Notes: a model not told the origin generated them from the sequence alone. 58,780 nucleotides of DNA, filler included, from Dugesia japonica (GCA_001938525.1; 6 parts of 6 records of this genome joined end to end with filler, not necessarily neighbours in it), one strand, 5' to 3'. Shown: positions 13,009 through 26,230, numbered from the whole stretch's first letter. Numbers and translations are program-made.

Positions 13009-13509
13009 ATGGTAACTTTGACTGTGAGACAACTGTTAATATTCATCTATCTAGCTAGTTTTGTGGCATTGATTATCTCGATTGCTACAGAGCCACAAAA
13101 TTTTAATGGTGAATTTGTTTATTTAAATTATCTAATTTTCCTTATATTGATTTTATTATTTTATAGTTAATTCGTCATCAAGATCAAAAGCCTACGCTGC
13201 ATTCCAGGTTATTGGTGTAATCAGTTTGGGCATAGTTATTATTCTGGAAATTTTAACTGCTTTCACCAATGCAATCAGAAACAATCAAACTGTTCATTTG
13301 ATAAGCACAGTTTTAATAGTAATAACTTGTAAGATTTTGTTTTATCTAGCACTATTCCACATTGAATTACGCTTTCAGGTGTAGCTACAATCATCGCCTG
13401 TGCTGTTTATTCCAGCAGTCATTTCCCATATGGATGGACTGTTGCTGCATGCACTTTAGTAATGGAAGCACTATTAATTTTTGTTGTTTCACATTTGTGG
13501 ATTCACTGA
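13009..13509 (+). CDS. Small four-transmembrane protein (claudin/PMP22-like topology), 3 exons, 130 aa
   Basis: Exons 13009-13108, 13167-13328 and 13379-13509 join through GT-AG introns of 58 and 50 nt into one open frame: MVTLTVRQLLIFIYLASFVALIISIATEPQNFNVNSSSRSKAYAAFQVIGVISLGIVIILEILTAF...HFPYGWTVAACTLVMEALLIFVVSHLWIH. Missed by the ORF track. Confidence 0.8.
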
Positions 13510-13717
13510 TCGATTCTTTTGATTGACCATTTTTTNNNNNTTTTTATAATTACTAATAAATTTTGATAGTTGACTTTTATAACTATGCATATTTTTAATA
13601 AATAATTAATAATAATAATGATAATAATAACAATAATAAAAATAAAAATATTTTACAATTGCAATTATTGCGAGAATAATTGTTGGACACAATCATTGAT
13701 CGTTTTATAGAATTTTT

Positions 13718-13845
13718 TTAAAATAAAAGCTTCGATCAAAATTTTTGTTTTTTGATTGATATTAGATAACAATTCGATATTTCGACTTTGTCTTCTTCTG
13801 GAATTGACAAAAAAACAAAAATTTTGATCGAAGCTTTTATTTTAA
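13718..13845. repeat. Inverted repeat / MITE-like foldback
   Basis: A ~36 bp perfect inverted repeat (ttaaaataaaagcttcgatcaaaatttttgtttttt) around a ~56 bp spacer, with TTAA at both ends. Confidence 0.75.
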
Positions 13846-16814
13846 GTGAATAATAAAAATAATAATAATAAAAAATAATAATAAATAATAATTATTATTG
13901 AACAGTTAATATAACTCTAATACGTAGTGATTTGGTACATAATCAAATATTTTTCCGGTTATTTTATTCAGTTATATCGGGAATTTCATAACGTAATCTC
14001 TGTAATTTTTTATAGGCATTTTTATATATAAATGTGAAATTTTAAGAAAACATGCTAAAATTGTTTCCTTTTTGAAAATATTAAATGAAAAACGTTAATT
14101 TGCTTTATTATGAAATGAGGATAGTTAATAGAGAAGATAAACCTATGTATGTATCTTAATGAAAATTTTCCCATTCCTTTTCTCAATAAGATATCACAAT
14201 GAATTTTATAATCAAACCATTGTCAATCTAATAATGATTTTCCATGTAAAATTTTATTTTTACAATTAAATAAGTATTATTATAATATTCATTAATAAAA
14301 AATTTTTTAATAATAAAATAATACAAATCTCTATGAATCAATAAGTCAGTAAATTTCTCAACAGTTTTTAAATCACTTTGAAAAATCTAATGAAGAATAC
14401 CGGTACCCGAATCAAATCACGAGATGACACAAAAAGCAAACGGAAAAACTAAGATTTATTTTTGGGTCCAATTAAATAAATCGTTAGTGTTTAGTGTAGC
14501 GTTAAATAACAAAACTTAAGTTAAATAGTGTAATAACGTAATAATTTGTCAGTGATTATATAACTGGAGTTAAACGATTAGGCTACTATACAATTATTTG
14601 TTGAATAAAATTGATTCAGATTCATTAATTAAATAATAAGTGCCAGAAAACCGACGAAAGCTTAATTCCTTGTCCTTTTTTGTGGATCAGAAGCAAAAAT
14701 GGCAGAAAGAAAGAAGAAATCAATCAACTAAAGAAACAAATTAGTAAGAATAGAATCCAGGTGCATTTTCAGAAAGAATAAGAAGTTGAAATCCGTGCAG
14801 AGAGGGATGTCAAAACTTTATAAAAAATGTCGTCAGAAAAAGAAATCAGTTGAAAGTGGTAAGAAAGTTTTGAATCTTGTTTGATGAAAATAAATAATAA
14901 TTTTGACAATGTTCTTCTGAATATGAATATAAGNCAAAGGTTCCAATTTGTAACACAATGNCAAGATGATCTACCANAATACAGNGAAAGAATAGAGAAA
15001 TGAGAAATCATAAATTCTTGCGGTTCGTGTAATGTCAGATATTTGAAAAAATATATAATTGGACAATCAAAAGAACACTGGAGAAAGTAACCAAAATGAT
15101 ATTCGTGGAGATTCTGAATGAAAACTATCCGAGATGATATTTTTTTATAAAAGAAATACCAAAGACAATAAAGCTTGGTGGCGTTCTTTGGAAAACGAAT
15201 AATTTGTTGATAGATTACAGAACCCGCTAAAAATAAAGTCTATGAACAATGACTATATATGTTAAAAAGTTAGCAAATATTTGTAATCGACTTGATTTAA
15301 CGGAAAACAGAAACGGCATGATTGACAAAAGTCACACTATAGGGAGTAGTTTGAAGAGAAACACCGGATTAAATACTTGGGAAGGCTTTTACAGTAAGCA
15401 GAGTTATCTATAACACAAAATTAAGAGAATGTTCACTAGTAAAGCTCCAATAATCTGACCACGAAATTTTACGCAAGATTATAAAATAAAACTAAAACCT
15501 GTGGAGTGTCAATAAGGCACATAAAATGGAAAAACAAAAAGAGAATTTGATTTATTTTAATAAATAAACTGTGGTCGAATAAATGTAAATTCTAATGTAT
15601 TCTTTGAATGTTTATATGTAAAGATGCAAACAAGCAATATTATAATTCAAACTGGAATGCAATAACCAAATTCGTTTTGTATTTCATAACACTCGTCAAC
15701 ATTTTTATATTAAAAGTAAAAAATTTTAATAGAAATTAGTGGTTGTCAATATATTACGTGTAGTGAAGACGAGAAAATGGTTAGAATTTGAAATTTATGC
15801 GTGCGAAAAGAGTCTCGACTAATTTCACATACAACATGCGTATCAATAAAATTATAAGTAATATAAAAAATTGGATTTTTAAATAAAATTCGGCTAAAAA
15901 GTAGATAGGTAAAAATTGGGTTAATTGCAAGTAGTAAATTCAGACAAAATGCTCATTATTAAATTGCTATAAATTAAAGTATTTAAACACGGATAACCAA
16001 GTCTTAAAATTGGTATACTAAATTGTTAAACTTTATCAATTATTTTATCGTAAAGTTCAAAATAATAAACATTGAATGTTCTATCGTATTTCTTTAATAA
16101 ATGATCTAAACGATATTAAAAATGCCACGTGTAATTGTCTAAAAATTAATTTCTCCAAAACGGTAATTTTAATTCATCGGAATTAATTTATTTAATTAAA
16201 TTGTATTTAAAAATACATAAACAAAACAGCTCTTGTTGATCAGTTAACAATAAATCCACGAGGATTGTTTGCACGTCTTGCATTGTGAATAAAACATTGC
16301 TGTTGTCTAAATTTTACACAGCTTTCCCTATCACCACAAGAAGAGAAAGTTTTATACGGTAATCTAAATATTTTTAAATCTAAATTTTGAAATTTTTTTT
16401 AAATTAAAACTTAATTCCGGTGAATTAAAAAAAGTACCAAAGCTAATTTATACGAACTCAAATGAGATCGAAAACATGTACGGGCTGCAAATGAAGCGGG
16501 AACATGTACATATAATATTGAAAACTTAATTATGTTCCAACATAATTGTACAAAAACAACAAAAAATATTGAATTGGACAGTTTAAGTACATAAAAATTA
16601 AATAAAACAAGTTAATCTCAGTAAATTTTTCACGAAATTCCACTATAAAAATCATTATCAAAATGAGGTAAAAGTCAAAACTAATTTTTGATAAAAATAA
16701 AGTAAACTAATAATTAAATCTGATTATAGTTTATTCGAAATCTATTAGATTATCGATTAGAAATATGAAATTAAAGTAGTTAAATTTAAACTTATTATAT
16801 TAATAAAGTGGATC

Positions 16815-17639
16815 CTAAAATGGATTGGATTTAACTGAATCAACTTTCTGTTTTGCAATGTGAAATGCTGGCACGACCCAGTTACCACAAACACATCGTT
16901 CTCCAACCCAAGTATAAGAACCCAATTTAGAAGAACATTTCGGACAATTTATTTTTCCTCCGGTCACATTACTGCTATCAATCCACGAAAGGGCTTCAAT
17001 AAATATTTCTTCTGAACAAATCGTATTTTCACTGTTTGTTTTACAATGTTCAACAAGATTAGTGTTGTCGAATAACATCGCTCGACATTTTCTACATTTA
17101 TACTGAACAGGATCAATCGTGGACTTTGAAGTAATTGACATTTTAGAAACTACATTGTACACATCTATATCATCTCGGTGACATATTTGCATAAGTTGTT
17201 TGTATTCATCACTTTTATACTGTCCACAACATTTCATATTGTAATATATTTTTAGTTGTTGTTTAAAACCATCATTGGGGCATATAAAAGACTTTTCTTT
17301 TACTTTAGCAATTGCTTCAGTTGGATCAATTTTAAGACTTTTCATTAGATATGCAGTTACAATAGTTCCACTTCTAGAAATACCAGCCAAACAATGGACA
17401 AGTACCCCTTCTTTCCTTCCTTTATCAATAAATTCGCATGCATCATCAAAGTGCGAAATAAGATCTTGATCTAGAATATCATAGGCTTTTATAAATTTAT
17501 ATTGAAATACATCAATTTTATGTTCCAATGGTGTATCCATAACAGTTAATATATTTTTTATATTCAAGGACTTCAATAACTCGATGTTTGATGCATCTTC
17601 ATATGATCCAAGCCATAAATTTGTTAAGATTTCTTTCAT
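16815..17639 (-). CDS. DUSP12: Dual-specificity protein phosphatase 12 (YVH1-type), intronless, 274 aa
   Basis: Catalytic VHCLAGISRS and PNDGFKQQL, plus a C-terminal zinc-binding domain (CRKCR...CPKCSSKLGSYTWVGERCVCG). The first ATG is at 17639; the track start is a TTG. Confidence 0.93.
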   Translation of the reverse strand: MKEILTNLWLGSYEDASNIELLKSLNIKNILTVMDTPLEHKIDVFQYKFIKAYDILDQDLISHFDDACEFIDKGRKEGVLVHCLAGISRSGTIVTAYLMKSLKIDPTEAIAKVKEKSFICPNDGFKQQLKIYYNMKCCGQYKSDEYKQLMQICHRDDIDVYNVVSKMSITSKSTIDPVQYKCRKCRAMLFDNTNLVEHCKTNSENTICSEEIFIEALSWIDSSNVTGGKINCPKCSSKLGSYTWVGERCVCGNWVVPAFHIAKQKVDSVKSNPF

Positions 17640-18043
17640 TTTTGTTGGAAGTACCAATTACAAAAAATTATTTGAAATTGAAAATGCAATAATAAATATT
17701 TAAACAAAAATAAATAAATTTTAAGTAAATTTAAATAAATATAGTTTCTAATTAAATATCTAATTTGAATTTTAAAATATCATAAATAATAAACTTCAAT
17801 CTCGCCATAATGAAATTAATTGTACAATTCTGTCAATATATTTTAGTTTTGTGTGGTATAGGTATGATGCTTATTTTTAAAAATGATAAATACATGAACG
17901 AAAAGATTATTTTATTAAATAAAAAATGTTTCAATAAGGAATTCATGCTTACTATGATAATAAATCACGTTACATTCGAAAATAAAATTTTCATTTGAAA
18001 ATCATTTAGTTTCTTATTGTTAGGATCTAGCCTGGGATCCAAC

Positions 18044-18143
18044 NNNNNNNNNNNNNNNNNNNNNNNNNNNNNNNNNNNNNNNNNNNNTTAATTAATTAAN
18101 NNNNNNNNNNNNNNNNNNNNNNNNNNNNNNNNNNNNNNNNNNN
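18044..18143. other. Artificial scaffold linker
   Basis: TTAATTAATTAA at 18088-18099 within Ns. Confidence 0.95.
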
Positions 18144-18249
18144 TCATATTGCACGAATTTGTTCAACTATCTGCCTATCGCTTCCGCCCACTTGACTCAG
18201 ATATCGCAATAATCTCCTTGTATTATGTAAATCGTTTGAGTGATTGTTT

Positions 18250-19829
18250 AGCACTACATGTTGGGAACAATCCCATAACCATTGTCCATAACACTTTTCT
18301 TTCCTTTTTGTATTAATCAAAACTAGCTAATAATTGAGTCAGTAATATTTTGATTATTGGCACAATAAATATTATCCCAATAATCCTTAATGGATTAAAT
18401 TCCGTACTGTCTTCAGTTTTAATGCTGAAAAATTTCTCTGCAGGTAATCTCTCAGGAAAGCGTATCCACTTATTATTAGCCATTTTAAAAAAAGGTCCAA
18501 ATAAATTAGAACAGTTCAGTTTGTTCGGCACGAATCTTTTTGGTAATAGGTTGTATCTTTCTTTTCTCTCCGATGTAATCGATTTCCATCTTATTATAGC
18601 ATATTTTTTCTTTGGATAAAATTGCTTCCACTCGCCTACATTGATAAATGAACATAATTTCTCCAACAATACGTTCAAATTGGCCTTCTTCTAATGGTAA
18701 CACTGGTGTTACATTATCCTGGTTTTTTATCGCTGTTGCCAATTTTGTCCGTAATATTTCCCGATTTAATAAACAGTCATTATAAATCAGATCATGATAC
18801 ATTCTCTCCATAGATTTTTGGGTTTGGTGGTACTGAGTGTCCACTTTATTATTTAGATATAAATGTAACTTGGTGTCTTGAGGCATAACCCCATCTCTTG
18901 TCTTTTCCAGTCTTTGCTTTGATACGAAGATTCTATTGTAATTCGTTTTATAGGCAATTTCCCCACATTTTGCTTCAGATTTCTTTCGGATTAATTTTTG
19001 ATCATGTCATTTGCATCGGTTCCCATTAGTAAAATTGGTGTATCAGACCACAACAGTGCTTTCTCCTTTGTCCCCATTACTGCGTTTACTTTTCCGATGG
19101 CCGGCATTTTATCTTCTTTATTTGAGTCAACAATTTTCTTTCCTCGATGCGCATCAAACAAAACCTCTCTAAGAAACGACATAGTACATTCTTGATGATT
19201 GACTTGATATACTAAGCTGGACTCTCCCGTATTACACGAATTATCTGAGGCTAATCACATTGAATACATTTTCATATTTTTGGTCGTTGTATCAAATAAT
19301 GCATCAAATTCTTTTTATTCTGCCGAATAACTTTCTATGGCAACGACTCCATTCGCATAGCCTAAGGGGCTAGTATATTTTTCTTGTACGCAAATTCCTG
19401 TTGCATACGAAATAAATCCTGCTGCGAACAGACGAGTTTGTAATATTTGACCCCTTTTGGCATTAATTATCTTTCCGGTTGTAAATCCTGATTTGCATTG
19501 TTGTCGTGTGAGGAGAACGGTATTACTTCCATACCTGGGGATATTATTGCCGAATAACTACTTCCTTCACACCAATATACAAATACTTGCATTGTTACAT
19601 TACACTCCATGACCTTTGTCTTGTAATAATCTGATTTTTGATACACAAAATAACTCATCGATTTCTGTACTACTTCCAACTTTTCTGGATATGCTTCTGG
19701 ACATTTTTCTGCATCAATTAATGAATATACCGTTTCCCCGATATACATATGATCACAATCATAAGCTCGAATTGCTGCACTTTGGCCCATTAAGAACATT
19801 AAAATTAACACCATGAACATTGACTGCAT
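18250..19829 (-). pseudogene. Envelope glycoprotein, chuvirus G-like (class III fusion protein), with frameshifts and stops
   Basis: Signal peptide then IRAYDC...YSLIDAEKC...VYQKSD..TKVMECNV......WC..SSYS. Downstream pieces include KCGEIAYKTNY.RIFV, YLNNKVD...YHDLIYNDCLLNREILRTKLA, IVGEIMFIYQCRRVEA...CYNKMEI...QPITK and CSNLFGPFFK...W. The cysteine spacing resembles chuvirus-type glycoproteins. Confidence 0.75.
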
Positions 19830-19978
19830 ACTGCTGGTTCCTGTACTTCGATTTGTCTCGGTTCCGTATTCATCGATATAATCCTTTAATAACGCATGTA
19901 CTCGTTCGTTTAATTTGTGATGTGAATTTTATTTTGGTTTCATCTTTTTGATTATTCCGTTCCATCCACCGCCATTCA

Positions 19979-22900
19979 CTAACAACGGTTCAATCCGATC
20001 ATTTGTATCCCAACTATTGGCCAAGCGCTTAATTGAAATTTCATTCCCGGTCTACAACAGGTCAATGCTATTCGCGTTTGTTTTACTAAATATGCAAGTA
20101 CCACTAATAACCTTGGAGTCGTTGGACAATTTGACAATAGTTCTTGTACCTCTTTTTCCATTGTTTCTCGATCTTTGAGGGGTGTATATTTTGTAACTGG
20201 TAATTTTGCTATTATTGGTTCTAATATCGTTGCTATTTTTTTACATTTCATTGACAAAATTGTACTCCCAATCCATAGTTTTAAATCTGGATACAGCGCT
20301 AGTAATATCTGATGTACTCGTTTCTCGGTTGGTAACGTGTGTGGTCCTAATTTCTCCATTATTTCTGATGAAAATTCGGCCATTTGTTTATCTCTTGTTG
20401 GTTTTCTCCTCGTTGTACTACTTGCTGTGGCTTCTTTTTGTCGACCTCTTGGCTTTTTGTCCATCCACGTCTCTGCATCACACATCACTCGTTGATGTAT
20501 CTCATTATCGGTTGTATCATCTGTATTATCCGTTGTCGTTTTCACTTCTTCAAACATTGTGGCTGGCGGTATTATTTCGTCTGCAATTTCATCCATTTTA
20601 ACTGATATATCATCGTCCTCCTGATCTCAGTCTACTTGACTTACATTAAATCTTCCCTATCTCTTTAATTTCATTGGTATTTTTTACTCTGACGTTATCG
20701 CTGGTTCTATTTGTGTAATTTCGATTTCTTCATCATCTTCAAGATCTAAAATCTGTTCGATTATTTCATCTTCTGTAGTATTTTCTGCTGTTGACTCCTT
20801 AATTGGAGATTTCCTTGGTCGCCCTCTTGGTTTAGTACCTGCTTTGCTGGATCTTCCAGACTTCATTGGTTGTACAAATTATGTATCGATGTCTGACTTG
20901 ATCCTAATCCTGCTTGTGATTTACCTTTGATCTCCTTGGCTGGTAGTTTTCTCCTAATTAGTTTTTCACCACCTTCCGGTTTAATGTACATTTTATTTTC
21001 TACCTTTTGTCGGATATCCAATGTTCCGATGATATCGTTATACAATAATTCCCGATTATTCAATAGTAATACATATGGCAAATTGTATTCAAATTGTATT
21101 TTAGATTTCTTCTGCCTCACTGTCTTGTAAGACAAATTTGAAATTCTCGTTCCGTGACCATCCGGTTCCACGATTCTGAAGCTAAATCTAAGTGATGTCA
21201 GTTCCGCTTCTTCACACTTTTTCCATCTTGATATCAGCAGCTTAAATTTTTCTGGCCTCCATTTACATTCCTTTTTATATCTGGAGATTTCATAAGTTAA
21301 TGCTCTCAATTCCTCAATTGACAAATCACTCTGTAATAATTGATCTGCTAGATGCTCCACAGTAGTTTTATTTATGCTTTTCTCTTGAATCCTTTATATA
21401 AATTGATCCACTAGATCTGTTGAATCTCCATTACACTTCTTTGATTTACCAGTCATTACCGCTACCATTTTCTGCGATCTGCTCAACTCTTGATTTGATT
21501 TGTATTTTCAATGTAATCTTGGTCTCTGTTGTATTATTGCTATCTTTTCTCGATTTGCTAATTCTATTTAGTCATTATGTAGTTGCAATCCCCGTGGCAA
21601 CTTTGGATTGATATTATCGACATAATATTGCATTGTCTTTCTACAAAAATTCTGTCTAATTGATTTTAACGTATACGGTTTTCTCTCGTTTTCGCCACTT
21701 GCAAAAATATAGACATTCATCATATGACCTGGTCTCATCCGGCTTGATCTCTTTACTGGATACTCGTCATGATCCTCCGTGATCTCTCCTCCACAATAAA
21801 CTACAATATCCTCTCGTTTAGTAATTGGTGTATTCTCTTTTCCNNNNNNNNNNNNNNNNNNNNNNNNNNNNNNNNNNNNNNNNNNNNNNNNNNTGGTCTC
21901 TGTTGTATTATTGCTATCTTTTCTCGATTTGCTAATTCTATTTAGTCATTATGTAGTTGCAATCCCCATGGCAACTTTGGATTGATATTATCGACATAAT
22001 ATTGCATTGTCTTTCTACACAAATTCTGTCTAGTTGATTTTAACGTATACGGGTTTCTCTCGTTTTCACCACTTGCAAAAATATAGACATTCATCATATG
22101 GCCCGGTCTCATCCGGCCTGATCTCTTTACTGGATACTCGTCATGATCCCCCGTGATCTCTCCTCCACAATAAACTACAATATCCTCTCGTTTAGTAATT
22201 GGTGTATTCTCTTTTCCTTTCACTGTTTTTTTATTCAAATTTTTAATAATTTTCTTTATTACTTTACCCCAACGTTTCGTTTTAATATCGAACTCTTTAC
22301 TTGATTCATCAGGAAAATATACTGCTACCTGCACATCTTGTTTCGATATGGCATCTGCATGAGTTATTGTTAACGTATGTATGGGCGTATACAACGCTTT
22401 TCCTCCGATCATACACAATTGGTTCAATCGGTTTATTACCTCCTGAATATTCAACTCTGTCATTTGACTGTAATTCTCGTAAATTGTTAACGCCATTTTG
22501 CTGTAGTTTGTTTCAGACTTTTCCACGGTTCATTCTCGTTTTCTGTTTCTGCTATTCGTTCAATTTCCTCATCTGACATAATTCTCAAATATTCCATTTT
22601 ATCTATTTCATTTAAATACACATTTCTCGTTTTTGTTCTAATTCAACTAATTGATTGTAATTCAAATATTTTCGGTTTTCCATCATCCAATTCCAAAGTT
22701 AATTCAGTAATCAATCGTAACTCAATCACATGTTGATCCCCTTTATTCAACTTGTCTTTTTGTATAATCATATAATCACACACAATTTGATATTTCTCAA
22801 ATGTTTTCTCTAAAGGTAATTTACTCAATATCGCTCGCAATTCACTCACTTTGTGCTTTAACATCATCTTGCTCTATCACTCTGGTTCGAGATCACAAAA

Positions 22901-23490
22901 CATAATCTTTGATAGGCTTTGGCCATATTAACTCATTTAATGCTTGTAAAAATCCACCCACAGTAGTATCTTGCAGCTCAATCTTCCTGGGTATTTCTTG
23001 ATATTTCAATTCAGTTGAATCTTCATCCGTGGCCGGCTCGTAGGCATTAATACTATAGTCGTTTGGTTTTTTATGATTTTGAATTTCTAATTCGTATTCC
23101 TGTGATTGAAGAAACCACGTCTCACTCGTGTATGCATCCAATTTGCCTGACTCCATCAATTCCAACACATGGTTCATCATTGCCCAATATGCTTCTCGGT
23201 AAAAAACTATCTTGATGGTTTGTGTCATTGTAATTTTATCCTCCATCTGTCTCGTTATCGCCGTGCTTTTTGCTTTTAATTTTGCTGATAGCTCTANTTC
23301 CATTGGATGAGCTCTCATCATATTTATCTGTCCTCGATTATTCTCGCGCTTTTGCATTCTCTCCCTTGCCACCTGCTGCTCTTCCAATTGTTATTGCAAA
23401 TATTCCTGCTCTTGTTTCAACTTGTCATACACTCGCTGTTCTGTCTCTTCTTGCCTTCGCCTATCTTGTTGCATAAAATTCACTTGTTGT
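19979..23490 (-). pseudogene. Uncharacterised accessory coding region of the retroelement (probably one or two long ORFs, now fragmented)
   Basis: Consecutive minus-strand ORF fragments 22893-23387, 22643-22867, 21942-22526, 20863-21360, 20684-20866 and 19979-20596. Contains the AT-hook KPRGRPRK. No protease, RT, RNase H or integrase motif recognised. Confidence 0.6.
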
Positions 23491-23499
23491 TGACTTTGG

Positions 23500-24601
23500 T
23501 TTCGATTATTTTTTATCTGGTTCCTCAATTTATCATTTTCGTCCATCATTTTACCAATAACCTGATTATTTCTCGATTTATTATTGTAGTTTGCATTAGA
23601 ATTTTCATAGCTCGATCTCTGATTATTCTGGAATCAATTTCTACTCGTATGGCCTGGTTTGTTGAATGTATAACACACTGGTGATTTTGTGATGAAACAA
23701 TTTTCCGCTTTATGTCCTGGCTTCTGGCAACTTGTACAAACCATTGTTGATCTGCAGTCTCTTGCATAATGTCCAATTTTCCCAAAATTATTACTCGTGA
23801 TTGCTGCCACGCTCCTTGTCTATTTTCTCCGTTTGATCTCGAATTATTATTTGGTTGTCGTGGTGGGGGTCTATTTTGATCTGGTGACAGTTCTCTTAAT
23901 AATAGTTGAGTTCTGGCTGGTATGAAATCTGCTATTTTCGGCTCGCTTTGTTCCTCCGCATTCTGTTCCTCAATTTTGAAAACATTTGATTGTTTTTGAT
24001 TCATGTCTACTTTATGCGCCACCATTGCTGCATTTATCGCCATATCAACTGTCTTGGATTGAGATAGATTTACCCACTTTTTCCCTTTTGCGTTTCGAAG
24101 TCCTTTAATTAAGATACCAAGTATCGTTGGATCATTCAATTTATCTTTTAGTGCTAATTTACCGAGCTTACATAATTCTGTTGCGTAAGCCTGAAATGTT
24201 TCATCTCGCAGTTGCCTTCAACCTACAAATTCTTGAATTTCTTGTCCTTGTAACATCAAGGGTTTGAAGTTTTCCAATAATACTTCCTTCGCTTTTCCCC
24301 ATGTATCAACGGGATCTTTAAGGTCACTAATTTTATCCCAATAAATAGTTTTAGCTGAATCCCTCAAGTATATAGGTAATCGATCTGCTGCTCTCTTGTC
24401 ACTCCATTGACACGCTAGTATATGTATTTCATATGCTGCAATAAAATCATTTAATTTCTCAGGTTGTCCATTAAAATAATCTCCATTGAACTCCGTTTTC
24501 CACTCTGGACTCCGCTTTGACTTATATCCACTTGTACTCTTTTCATCATTTGACAATTTAGTATTCTCCTCGGTTTCCTTTTCTTTATCGGTGGTTGACA
24601 T
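23500..24601 (-). pseudogene. Ty3/Gypsy-type gag (capsid plus about three zinc knuckles)
   Basis: FNGQPEKLNDFIAAYE....CQWSD..AA..LPIYLRDSA..YW.....TWGKAKEVL...F, an in-frame stop at 24218-24220, then RQLRDETFQAYA...IKGLR. After a frameshift: NFGKIGHYARDC, CTSCQKPGHKAENC, CYTFNKPGHTSRN. Confidence 0.85.
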
Positions 24602-25564
24602 GGTATTGGTATCACTTGATGCTGAACTTGATTCCGAGTAATGAAGAATTCTACTTGATGCTCTTGTCGTAGCTATACTATCACTAACTGATTTAGATTC
24701 ATATAGACTTTCCAGATCAATATATTCTAAAGAATTGGCTCTTGAGTGATTTGATTCGGTTATGGTATCAAATTCTCTTTGTACGTCGTCATTTGACGGG
24801 AACGAACTGGGTGATTTGGATGCTGAAACTGATAAAGATTTGTCGAATTGCTGAGACGGTCTGTTGTACGAGANTGATCGCTTTACTTTGGCTGGATTAT
24901 GTCGTTTNATTACAAATGATCTTCTATGTTCAGTACTCTCTCTAAAATTATATCGGGATCCTTGATTATCTATGATTGTTTATTTGGTTGGTTCGTAGTT
25001 GGATTGGTTTGTTTTGATCTATTCAGTTGTTGGAATATGGATTGTTTTGGTTTCTGAAATTAAATAATATGGCCCTACGGCTTCTGCACGCATTCATTAA
25101 TTGACTACTTCTAACTACTTTTATTTCCGATTGATACTTCTAATTACCATTTAATACACTACTATACATTACCATACTTTATTTCTATTACTTCAGCAGC
25201 ACATTTACGTAATTTACTTTTATCACTCAATCGTTTATTATACATATGCAGCAATTTTATCTGATTATGTCATCAGGAATTCTCCAAAAGAAAGTTTCAA
25301 TAGTACTTTCAATATTCACCGTTTTGAAAAAGCTCAACTCAGAAATCATTAATTCCAATTATAAATCGTACAATTTAACAGCTTAAATCACTCTTGTACT
25401 CAAGTTCCTCGTAATCATTCACCCATAATTAATGTAGATTCTCCGATGTGCCTTTGACACCTTATTTGAACAGACTATCATTAATTCGTGTCGTATTTTT
25501 ACTGTAATTGATTCCTCCGTTGAGTTCCTCACCACTTCCTTGATTAACGAATTCCTTCATTCCT

Positions 25565-26230
25565 CATAGAACATTCCTGACTGTTCCTAGCAAACTTTCA
25601 TCGATGAAAGTTCTTTAATTTACTGAACGCCTCTAATATCTCGCCATATAATTGATTAACTCATTAATTTTATTTCTACTCAACATTTCGCATTGGAACA
25701 ATTCCGCCTGATCCTGGCAATTTGTTTTCCGAACAAATTTCATAATTAATCAATACTCAATTTATCTCCATTTAATTTCTCATAATAGAACAATCCAGCC
25801 TGTTCCTGGCAATTTATCTTCCGAATAAACTTTTATAACTAATTGACGATTAATTCATTTCAACTTTATATTTCATGTTGTGACAATCCCACCTGCCCAT
25901 GGTAGTTTATCCTCCGAATAAACTTTTAATATCAATTAACAATCACTTTATTTCATTTCCCTCTCATGTTGAAACAATTCCGCCTGTTTCTGGCAGTTTA
26001 TACCCCGGATAAACTTTTGCAACTTATCAATGATTAAATTATCTCCACTTTGCATTGTCCATTTGTAGAACCATTTACTTTATTTAGACGTGATTCATTT
26101 TCTCTTAAAATCATTTCAATTACTAGTTTCTCGGCTATACCTCTTTCTTCACCACTTCACATTAGTACTCCTCAATTATCAACAATGGAACTCTTGCGCC
26201 GGTTCCTGGCAAATTTCCTTGTGAAATTTT
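25565..26230. repeat. Degenerate ~92 bp tandem repeat array in the element leader
   Basis: Core gaacaattccgcctgttcctggcaattt...ccgaataaactttt at ~25697, 25788, 25881 and 25972, with more diverged copies at ~25570 and ~26188. Confidence 0.8.

Noticed and set aside
14690-15470. Purine-rich decayed coding-like stretch
   Set aside because: Too many stops and no identifiable domain.
21521-22216. Apparent ~320 bp tandem duplication in the accessory region
   Set aside because: The copies flank a 50-N gap and differ by a few SNPs, typical of unmerged contig overlap or haplotypes.
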